DNA of 64,000 bases from Deltaproteobacteria bacterium (GTDB lineage: Bacteria; Desulfobacterota; Desulfobaccia; Desulfobaccales; 0-14-0-80-60-11), in contig VGSJ01000005.1 in NCBI GenBank assembly GCA_016875015.1, positions 848 to 64,847 on the forward strand, written 5' to 3'. Of the stretch, positions 44,301-51,606 are shown one piece after another. Position 1 is the stretch's first letter. Each line of letters starts with the position of its first letter. The position numbers and the translations under genes are program-made. Under the pieces are notes generated by a model, which made no database searches, was not told where the DNA came from, and saw only the letters and a program-made list of their open reading frames with translations.

Positions 44301-46562
44301 TCCTCTCAAACCATCATAGTCGAAGACAAGCAGACCGCAATCTTCAAGATTCGGCGCGGTCACGCGCCAACCACGCTGCAAGTCGCGATAGAGGTAGTAA
44401 TCGATGACGCGGCGAAGGGCATCATTAGTGGCGTGCTTCGCCGGGCCGCGCACCTCGGGATCGGCAGCGTATTCGTCGAACCGAAGCTCCATGGCTTCGA
44501 AGACACTGCGCGATAGATCGCCATGGACCAATCCCCGCGGACCTTTATTCCGGGCTGCTTTATAAAGTGCCGAACGCAAAAGGGACACTTGAGCAAAATC
44601 GTTGAAGTGGCCGGCCTGCAATGAAGCGTCCTGCCGGTTGTCAGTAAAACTTAGGAGCTTGCGAGCCTCAGGGGTGAGGTCACGGTCGCCTTGCAGCTCG
44701 ATGAGCGACCGGACTGCCATGATCGTAGTGGCGGTGCTGCGGTTGTCGACACCAAGGGTTGCCAATTTCGGGCGCTCGGAGCGCTGGGTCTTGGTGTAAG
44801 CGACCCCGCATGAGGGATGGAGACAAAACAGAAAGTTCCGGCGGATCAGCGCTGCTGGGATGCCATGCTCTTGGGACATTAAATGGCCCCGGGTGTCGAT
44901 AAAAACAGGCTCGGGGAGATCACGGCGGGCATCAGGTCGTATACGTTCCTCGCCTTGCGGTGTGGTCTCCTTCATAAACGCAGGCAAGCGCTCCAGCACT
45001 TCTGGACCATCAAGCAGTGGCCATGGTGCGGATTCGGACACATAGAGGTATGCATCGCCGCTGCCGTCATCACCTTCCTCACGGCGGTCCTCTCTGGGTA
45101 ACAGGGCTGTGCCGTGCTCATCGGTGACCGCCCTCACGCGGTAGTAGGCAGTACCGCATTGCCGGCAAAAAACTAGGGGGAATAGGGGCTTGTGGGGCTC
45201 ACCGGGTTTGGCGACCTTCTTAGACATCTCGAGGTGACGTTCAGCCTCGGGCTCAATGGTTGCCCACACCGTGTCGCCGCGGGTAAAGAATTGATGGAGG
45301 CGAAACGCAAAGATGGGGAAACGGCTGGACTCGCTTCGACGCAGTTCACACCCCTTGAGCAGAAAACGGCGCAGCACCGCGGCGCAACGTGCTTGGTCAG
45401 TTGAAGTAATCTGCTCAAGTTCCTCCGCGGCACTACCCTCACCCTGTAAGCGCCGGGGTTCCTGACGGACCAGTCCTCCGGTATCCGCTTCAGCCCGTAC
45501 GCCGAAGGTGGATTCAATCCAGGAAGCCAACGGATGGGTACGGAAAACATCATAGCTATCCGGTGGAGGTGCACCTGTGTCGACGGTGTCGAAAAGTTTT
45601 TGGATAACCAGTTTGTCACCAAAATCCATTTCTGGTGTAGCACGCTCGAGAGTTTCTTCGACAACTTGAGAGGTATCGAATGGGATGCCAAATAGTGTCT
45701 GGGCGACCTTCGCCACCTCGGCTTTTTGTTCTTCGGAGGATCCTCCGCTGACCATCGTGGCTGATGTGCCGATGCAAATGATGTTGTGGCCGCCGAAGGC
45801 TAGACGACAGCGCCGGATCAGAAGAGCGACATCCGCTCCCTGGCGTCCCCGGTAGGTGTGGAGTTCATCAAAAACAAGGAAACGCAATCCCTGGGCAGAC
45901 CGGACCAACTCCCGATCCTCTCTGCGGGTGAGCAGCAACTCTAGCATCATATAGTTGGTGAGTAGGATGTCAGGTGGATTACTGCGGATCGCCTCCCGCT
46001 CGGCACCCTTTTCTTGCCCGGTATAACGGGCAAAGCTGACGGGGGGCTTTCCTTCCGGGTACCCCTTCTCAAGAAACTTTTTGAGTTCTTCATCCTGGCT
46101 GTTGGCCAGGGCGTTCATCGGATAAACAACGATAGCCTGGATGCCCTGACCCGACCCATTCCGTAGAACGTGGTCAACGATAGGAACGATATAGGTCAGG
46201 CTCTTCCCCGACCCCGTGCCGCTGGTAAGCACATAGGACTTGCCTACTTTTGCCTTGAGGATCGCCTCCCGCTGATGGGTGTGGAGCAGGAGCTGCTTTC
46301 CGGTGTGGTCGGTATCGGATTTGTCGATCCTAAAAATCCTGGCGCACTCGGTATGAAGCGTACCTTCGGCCACCATTTCATCGATCGTGCCTCCAGGCAG
46401 GAAGGTAGGATTGAGTTGAAGGAGAGGCTCTGGCCAAAACGCTCCTGCATCCAGATTTAGGTTCACCATGTCCGAAATACGGGGGTCGGCGATTTTGATG
46501 AAGCTACGCGTGTAATTTGCGTAGTCGCCAACAAGACGATCCCGGAGATCGAAAACGTTCAT
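41307..46562 (-). CDS. 1751-aa DExH helicase with DUF1998/MrfA-type Cys clusters and a C-terminal DUF559/Vsr-like endonuclease-fold domain (fused DrmA+DrmB-like)
   Basis: LTSGTGSGKSL (Walker A), LVFDELHTYRG (DExH), YAQRSGRAGRGGQ (motif VI). Cys clusters CLKCGYAH..CDRCGD and CGKGCYECLLDYGNQ. C-terminus RPDFFYREHAAAIYIDGPPHDEPAQLREDETITQRLMEMGYIVIRFHH. Confidence 0.75.
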   Translation of the reverse strand: MNVFDLRDRLVGDYANYTRSFIKIADPRISDMVNLNLDAGAFWPEPLLQLNPTFLPGGTIDEMVAEGTLHTECARIFRIDKSDTDHTGKQLLLHTHQREAILKAKVGKSYVLTSGTGSGKSLTYIVPIVDHVLRNGSGQGIQAIVVYPMNALANSQDEELKKFLEKGYPEGKPPVSFARYTGQEKGAEREAIRSNPPDILLTNYMMLELLLTRREDRELVRSAQGLRFLVFDELHTYRGRQGADVALLIRRCRLAFGGHNIICIGTSATMVSGGSSEEQKAEVAKVAQTLFGIPFDTSQVVEETLERATPEMDFGDKLVIQKLFDTVDTGAPPPDSYDVFRTHPLASWIESTFGVRAEADTGGLVRQEPRRLQGEGSAAEELEQITSTDQARCAAVLRRFLLKGCELRRSESSRFPIFAFRLHQFFTRGDTVWATIEPEAERHLEMSKKVAKPGEPHKPLFPLVFCRQCGTAYYRVRAVTDEHGTALLPREDRREEGDDGSGDAYLYVSESAPWPLLDGPEVLERLPAFMKETTPQGEERIRPDARRDLPEPVFIDTRGHLMSQEHGIPAALIRRNFLFCLHPSCGVAYTKTQRSERPKLATLGVDNRSTATTIMAVRSLIELQGDRDLTPEARKLLSFTDNRQDASLQAGHFNDFAQVSLLRSALYKAARNKGPRGLVHGDLSRSVFEAMELRFDEYAADPEVRGPAKHATNDALRRVIDYYLYRDLQRGWRVTAPNLEDCGLLVFDYDGLRGEDGLLAETELWEAGFSVRFNRETEEFVEVPATLRSCPTEVREELLRTLLDVLRRSLAVKVDVLDPQRQLDLVEQTKPRLLEDTVWYLEDARELVKSVVAYPRPRRQEDRIGLFISSYGGYGRYLKRSLAPHVPLGQSLGRDDVDRAIRFLFLALKRYGVVEQVRSGEVPGYQINPDALRWLPGEGAARPLDRTRLLDAGEIPQEVNHYFVECYRSFVDLKCVLEAREHTAQVASEDREEREERFRNGDLPLLFCSPTMELGVDIAQLNLVNLRNVPPTPANYAQRSGRAGRGGQPALVYTYCAGRSPHDQYYFRQPNHMVAGSVAPPRIDIRNRDLVRSHVHAVWMEVAKPDLGKTLATVLDLTHSNGRLPLPVKDTIARELRNPTHRAGALSKANQLVSSILNELSSAAWFHENWTQEILDQIERSFDDSCERWRSLYRAALRQRELHHRIIGDHARPEGERNQSRRLRAQAESQIRLLTEAEGMYEGDFYSYRYFAAEGFLPGYNFPRLPLSAYVPGRRQRKSRDEFVSRPRFLAISEFGPRALIYHEGARYRVYKVNLDFGTDDIEATHDLVTATMKRCLKCGYAHLEQGTNLTEICDRCGDALDGSATIDNLVHLQNVSLKLAQRITCDEEERQRFGYKLVTSYRFPEIGGMLDRKDAEVYCGDDLALRLSYGDATDLYRINLGWANQRGNQPPGFNLDLERGYWSRNQADEEDSDDATAQGRIQRVVPYVRDTKNALVMQFEPPRSGPEMASLQAAFKEAIQKHFQLEPRELSCEPMPSPQDRREILFYEASEGGAGVLRQIAEDPTVLPLLARAALDICHFDPHTLEDKAIQTCGKGCYECLLDYGNQPDHKDLDRHLIRNLLVDLASSVCRPAGGAGSRTERMAALRKRCDSQLEKRWLDLLDDLVLRPPSEAQYLIESCATRPDFFYREHAAAIYIDGPPHDEPAQLREDETITQRLMEMGYIVIRFHHMANWIEIFLRHPDIFGRPVK

Positions 46563-46873
46563 AATTTTTCTCCAACGACCAATGCCAGGCTGACGCCCTT
46601 GGAGTCGGACTCTGCGAGGAACCGAAGTACCAGGATTTTCAATGAAAACTAACTTCTCACTTTAATTACAGCGCAGAATGTAAACCCGGCACTTATGCGG
46701 GGCAAGCACGCCGATCGCCTGCTATCACTAATGTGTCAGAACCAGGTCATCCTTCATGTCCTAATATTTCTCCATTTGGCATTATGCCATGGTTATGGAC
46801 ACATTGTCTAATCTGATTTGCCGTCAAACCAAAAGGACAAATAATCTCGTAAGTTTTTTGAGGGAAGCAAGGC

Positions 46874-46897
46874 AAAAAAGGGGGCCCGCAGGCCCCC
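46874..46897 (-). terminator. Rho-independent terminator after the zinc-ribbon genes, upstream of the DISARM-like operon
   Basis: On the minus strand GGGGGCC TGCG GGCCCCC is followed by TTTTTT (stems 46880-46886/46891-46897; A-run 46874-46879 on +). Confidence 0.65.
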
Positions 46898-46920
46898 TTC
46901 CGTCTGAGGTTTACCCTTGT

Positions 46921-47100
46921 CTAACAAGAGGTCTTGTTGATCAGGACCAAGCGGTAGTTGCCGCCCCTGTGGGGGTAGCAGTCCCTGCAATATGGGGTCT
47001 GCCCCGATGCGAAGGCCAGGCCCGTGTAGCTCTCCTTCGGCCAAGAGAGGCGCCGCCGGCATTGCGGGCACCGAAAACGATAAACCGGGATGCTTTTCAT
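46921..47100 (-). CDS. Small zinc-ribbon protein (59 aa), hypothetical
   Basis: MKSIPVYRFRCPQCRRRLSWPKESYTGLAFASGQTPYCRDCYPHRGG... (CPQC...CRDC). The ATG lies immediately after the stop of the upstream gene. Below the ORF-track cutoff. Confidence 0.5.
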   Translation of the reverse strand: MKSIPVYRFRCPQCRRRLSWPKESYTGLAFASGQTPYCRDCYPHRGGNYRLVLINKTSC

Positions 47101-47298
47101 TCACGCCTCCGGCCGCATCATGCCCCCGCACACCGGGCAGGTGATGGTCTCGCCCAGCCACTTGCCGGGGAAGTAGATATGATAATTCTCGCAGCGGTAC
47201 ATGATGGTGCAAACCATCAGTTTCTCCCGGGCTCTGGTGATGACGTCCGGGTTTTCCCTGGCAAACCTTTCGATGAGGTCTATATCATGCTGATACAC
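47101..47298 (-). CDS. Small zinc-ribbon protein (65 aa), hypothetical
   Basis: GTG start. The C-terminal half reads YRCENYHIYFPGKWLGETITCPVCGG. Confidence 0.5.
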   Translation of the reverse strand: MYQHDIDLIERFARENPDVITRAREKLMVCTIMYRCENYHIYFPGKWLGETITCPVCGGMMRPEA

Positions 47299-47370
47299 GG
47301 TCAGTATCTCCCTCTGGAGGTCTTAGTCTGGGTCACCCATGGTTTTCGGTTCCAGGTGGCCCTGCCCGAT

Positions 47371-48063
47371 TCATGCCGCCGCTAGGGCGCCCTGCCAATC
47401 ATTGCCTGCATTGTGCCGCCAGGTGTCCTCATAGCCGGGGCCTTCGCCGTTAACATGGGAAACGGTGAAACCGCGCAGACTGCTCTGGCTCTGGATGTAG
47501 GTAGCCATGAAACCGTAGGCTTTGAAGAACATGAACTTACGCTCCTGGTACTGGGGATGGCCGGAAAGCTCCAACAGCCGCATAACGCCCTGCTGGATCA
47601 GGTCCTCGGCCTCAATGTACCAGGGCATCCGATCCTTGAATTTGCGGTGATAGATGAAGCGCACCATCCGGTACGCCGCCTCGGCATCAAATTCGCTCAA
47701 TGAGGGACAGACCATCCGTTTATTGAAATCCACGATGAAATAGCCCCGGGCCAAGCTCGATTTGGCTACTTTCTGATTGCAGTTAAAGTGGACCATCACG
47801 CCTTCGATGGTGTTGATGTACTCGGGAATAGGGATGGTCTCCCGCTCCCTGCCCAGGTCCACTGGGCCGTCAACAAATCCCCGCTTCGGAGGGAGGCCCT
47901 TTTTCAGGTAATCAATGATGTAGTAGCCGCGCTTTTCGGCGGTAACGGCGGTCATGTAAGGGCAATTGGTGAGCCGCATAATGTCCTTGCGAGTCATCCC
48001 GGCCACCGGAATTACTTCGCATTCACGTTTGGGCCAGCCTACCATCCGGATTTCCGTTTTCAT
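47371..48063 (-). CDS. Hypothetical protein with a C-terminal sigma-70 region-2-like segment
   Basis: Start ATG 48063 follows GGAGGG. Internal repeat EKRGYYIIDY / LARGYFIVDF. AEDLIQQGVMRLLELSG...FFKAYGFMATYI resembles sigma-70 region 2 (weak, by eye). Confidence 0.4.
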   Translation of the reverse strand: MKTEIRMVGWPKRECEVIPVAGMTRKDIMRLTNCPYMTAVTAEKRGYYIIDYLKKGLPPKRGFVDGPVDLGRERETIPIPEYINTIEGVMVHFNCNQKVAKSSLARGYFIVDFNKRMVCPSLSEFDAEAAYRMVRFIYHRKFKDRMPWYIEAEDLIQQGVMRLLELSGHPQYQERKFMFFKAYGFMATYIQSQSSLRGFTVSHVNGEGPGYEDTWRHNAGNDWQGALAAA

Positions 48064-48105
48064 TGTTGCACCCTCCATAGTAAGGAATGTTTTTTACTAT
48101 GAAAG

Positions 48106-48337
48106 TTGCACGCAATATGCCTATCTACTCGATATTACATATAATTTAACACAAGCAAAACATAATACGGTTAATGAGTTACACACGTTTCATTATATTT
48201 ATACTGACCTTACACAACGCAACGTGCTGGTAATGCAGTATTTTATACTTGCCATATCGTTGTTGCTTTTTAATAACCTTTTGCGTAATACGTAGTTGAA
48301 GTTACGCAGTACAATTTGCTTGACCATTACAACGCAA
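48106..48337. promoter_or_regulatory. AT-rich divergent control region with at least 5 TTAC(n)CGCAA-type repeats (iteron/operator-like)
   Basis: TTGCACGCAA 48106-48115; TTACACAACGCAA 48210-48222; TTGCGTAA 48281-48288 (inverted); TTACGCAG 48302-48309; TTACAACGCAA 48327-48337. Confidence 0.35.
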
Positions 48338-48622
48338 AATACAAGTAATTGCACCAAGTTATAGAATATAATTAACCAATAATGTCTTAGGACTTGAACA
48401 ACGAGAATGGCACCACATCAAACTATTTGCATATAAGCCCCTGTTGGGTTGAGCTCATTCATAGCCTGTTGATCTTCGTAGGTTCCTGGAAATTATGCGC
48501 CTGATAGAGATGGCGTCTTCGAAGGGGCAGGCGGTAAAAGATTGAATCTGCCAATACCCGCATGGTAGGATGCGTTAGTCAAAGCTTATCAGGGTGTCGT
48601 CAATGATTTTGGGGGGATAAAG

Positions 48623-50233
48623 ATGAACATCAATTATGACAAGCTCAAGAAGGTTATCGAAGTCTACGCCGAGCCCTGGTGGGCAGGAGAAGTTGAGTCA
48701 AAATGGCCTTGGCGTAAAGGTGGGGGGGAAATTCACGTTCAGGAAAGAGTGCTAAAGAAGGCCGCTCCCTATCTTACAGAGGATTCCTTGCGGAAAGACC
48801 CCAAAGATAGCGTAATGAGTGCCTTGAAAACCCACTTTAACTTACTCTCCCAGTTTGAATTCATGTTTGCCAAGACCTTTATCGACCAGGTTTACGGCGA
48901 TGAATTACGGGACCGGGTCCTGGACCTTCTGTACGGTCCCGAAGACCTGGGAGCCAGATTAAGGAAGTTTCTTAAATGGGCCAAGCTTGAACCGGTACCT
49001 GATAAGAAGATAAAGAAGGGCATGAGCGCCACCGTAGCAAGTTACCTTTTAGCAATGTCGAACCCCCGGCAATATCCCTTTTGCAAGCCAGTCGCTTACG
49101 ACAGGGCAGTGACGGAACTCCTTGGCAAAGACGCAGTCCGGCGAGATTCTGTAGAGAGAATCCTTCACTGCCAAGAGGTCTATTCGGCAGTTCTCGATTT
49201 TCTTGAAAGAGAACACGGTCTTGTTGATGGCAACCTTCTGGATGTTCATTCAATGTTATTTTGTTGCCAAGAAAAGGATAAGGACGGAATTTCCGGTTGG
49301 GACAAAGTTGGCAAACCACCGGTTGGTCCAGAACCACCTATTCCTCCACAAACTTATAATCCCTTTTTCGACCTGCTCTTTGAAAGGCATAATCTGGTGT
49401 TTTACGGTCCCCCCGGCACCGGCAAGACCCGGGATGCCCTCCTTTTAGGTAGATGGTGGAAAAATACGTACGGGCCTGAAACTGTCAGTCAGATAACCTT
49501 TCATCCCTCTTACTCCTACGAAGATTTTATCGAAGGATTCCGCCCCACCGAAGATGGCTCCGGGTTTGAATTGAGAAGCGGCATTTTTAAAAAGCTTTGC
49601 CAGAAGGCCGCCGCTGCTCCGGACAAGAAATTTCTGATCATTATTGATGAGATAAACCGAGGTGATGTGGCCCGCATCTTGGGGGAACTCATAACTCTCC
49701 TGGAAGGGGACAAACGCGGCGAGCTTCACCAGGCAATGCTCCAACAGTCGGGAGAGGCTTTCTTCGTTCCTGAAAATTTATATGTTCTGGGAACCATGAA
49801 TACAGCCGACAAGAGCATCAGCCTCATGGACCTGGCCATCAGGAGACGCTTTCTCTTTCATTATTTTCCCCCCGACCCTGACGTGCTGGACGAAGGGAGA
49901 GACTTCTTGGATGAAGTTGAGAATATCAGGCTGTCCCGCCTGCTCATCGGTTTGAATCAAAGGCTGATGGATGTGGGAGTGGACCGCGATCGGGTTTTGG
50001 GGCATTCCTTCTTCATGATTTCCCGAAAAACCGCGGACCCGCTCCTTACCTTAAAGAATCGCTTCCGATACGAAATTGTGCCACTGGTAGAAGAGTACTG
50101 TTATGCCGATCGCTCCCTTATGGCCAGGGTTTTGGGCGATCTGGTGGAAGTCAATGGTGCGGTAAATGCGGACGTCCTCGAAGACAACGAAAGATTTCTA
50201 TCGGTCCTCCAGGTCTTGAGTGATATTGAATGA
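48623..50233 (+). CDS. mcrB: McrB-like AAA+ (GTPase-type) restriction subunit with an unrecognised ~250-aa N-terminal domain
   Basis: VFYGPPGTGKT, IIIDEINRGDVARILGELITLLE, LGTMNTADKSISLMDLAIRRRF. Confidence 0.85.
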   Translation: MNINYDKLKKVIEVYAEPWWAGEVESKWPWRKGGGEIHVQERVLKKAAPYLTEDSLRKDPKDSVMSALKTHFNLLSQFEFMFAKTFIDQVYGDELRDRVLDLLYGPEDLGARLRKFLKWAKLEPVPDKKIKKGMSATVASYLLAMSNPRQYPFCKPVAYDRAVTELLGKDAVRRDSVERILHCQEVYSAVLDFLEREHGLVDGNLLDVHSMLFCCQEKDKDGISGWDKVGKPPVGPEPPIPPQTYNPFFDLLFERHNLVFYGPPGTGKTRDALLLGRWWKNTYGPETVSQITFHPSYSYEDFIEGFRPTEDGSGFELRSGIFKKLCQKAAAAPDKKFLIIIDEINRGDVARILGELITLLEGDKRGELHQAMLQQSGEAFFVPENLYVLGTMNTADKSISLMDLAIRRRFLFHYFPPDPDVLDEGRDFLDEVENIRLSRLLIGLNQRLMDVGVDRDRVLGHSFFMISRKTADPLLTLKNRFRYEIVPLVEEYCYADRSLMARVLGDLVEVNGAVNADVLEDNERFLSVLQVLSDIE

Positions 50234-51606
50234 TCAACCCAAAGAACCAGGTTCGAAAAACGATTGACCTCGCCGAGTATGGTGAAATTACCATCCCTGC
50301 GGCTGATCTATCCTTTCTTTCGGAACAAAAATTTCAGACGGTTTGTGAAACTCTTAGTTCCCTGGTGAACATATCCTTTGGCTGGGGAGGGGGCCATCTC
50401 TCTATAAAAGCCGGATCGAATGTGGGGGTGATCCAAACACACGGCCTGCGGGTTCAAGTCCGTCCAGCCCTTTCGGTCAAAGAGATGGTGGTTCTCATTC
50501 GTTACGCCCTGTCCGGCAAGGTTCCACTTCAACATCTTAGGTCTTTTGCGGACGTTGATTGGGGAACCGGATTTGAAGATGTGCTCTGCATGATGCTGTG
50601 TGAAGAGTCCAGGGAGATCCTCAGGATAGGGCTTTCCTGCCGCTATGAGGAAAGACGTGAGCCTCTAACTTTTCTGAGGGGAAGGCCACTCTGGGAGAAG
50701 AACTTTCCCTGGCGCGGAGGCAAGACCAGGGAGTTGACTTGCCGCTATCACCGGCTCACCTATGACAATATAGATAACCGCTTGCTTCTCGTTGGCCTGA
50801 GGTCTGCCGGTCATCTCGCCACTTCTGAGGCCGTCAAAAGGAAAGTATTCCAGTTTGTAAAGACTATTGGCGATCTTGCTTCAGAGACCACTCCGGAGCC
50901 CGGGCAATTCGATCAGGCCGAACAAAGATACAACCGCTTAACCGAGCATTATCGCGCCGCCCATGGTCTGTGCAGAATGCTGATCTACAGCCTTCGTCCG
51001 GAATCACTTTATGAAAGTGGAAAACACCAAATATTTGGGATCGTTTTGGACATGGCCTGGCTTTTCGAGAAATTCATCGAACAGCTTATGGCAGAGACCT
51101 TGAAACCGGCCGGATTTAACATCGAATCCCAGGCGCCAGACCGGAAGGCCTTGCTCGATGCCGAAGGTTACCCCTATGTTTCGGTCCGCCCAGACCTGAT
51201 AATTTCTCAATCCCGGACAGTATGCGGAGTCATCGACGCCAAATATAAGCGATACTGGCCGACGGCCACAAACAGCTTTGCCCCTATGCGAAAAATAGCA
51301 AACGAAGACATCTACCAGCTCTTCTTCTATCAACAACGCCTACAAAGAAAGTTCAATTTACCAACCCCGCCCGTCGCTGTCATCGCCGCCCCCCTGCCCG
51401 AAGAAGATGAGCGGGGCGATCAGGCGGTTATTGCCGAAAGATTCAAACGAGTTGTTTGGCAGGCTGGAGCAGAGAAAGCTGGTGATGTGAGGCTCATATT
51501 AATCCCAATGACAAAATTCCTCAGGTTGATTATTCAAAGAGAAAAGCCAGGTGACATTGTGGAGAAAATCGGCCTTAATCGTATAAGGGATTTATTTCGT
51601 GATTAA
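50230..51606 (+). CDS. mcrC: McrC-like nuclease subunit
   Basis: ATGA overlap with mcrB. PD-(D/E)xK motif VRPDLIISQSRTVCGVIDAKYKRY near the C-terminus. Confidence 0.8.
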   Translation: MINPKNQVRKTIDLAEYGEITIPAADLSFLSEQKFQTVCETLSSLVNISFGWGGGHLSIKAGSNVGVIQTHGLRVQVRPALSVKEMVVLIRYALSGKVPLQHLRSFADVDWGTGFEDVLCMMLCEESREILRIGLSCRYEERREPLTFLRGRPLWEKNFPWRGGKTRELTCRYHRLTYDNIDNRLLLVGLRSAGHLATSEAVKRKVFQFVKTIGDLASETTPEPGQFDQAEQRYNRLTEHYRAAHGLCRMLIYSLRPESLYESGKHQIFGIVLDMAWLFEKFIEQLMAETLKPAGFNIESQAPDRKALLDAEGYPYVSVRPDLIISQSRTVCGVIDAKYKRYWPTATNSFAPMRKIANEDIYQLFFYQQRLQRKFNLPTPPVAVIAAPLPEEDERGDQAVIAERFKRVVWQAGAEKAGDVRLILIPMTKFLRLIIQREKPGDIVEKIGLNRIRDLFRD

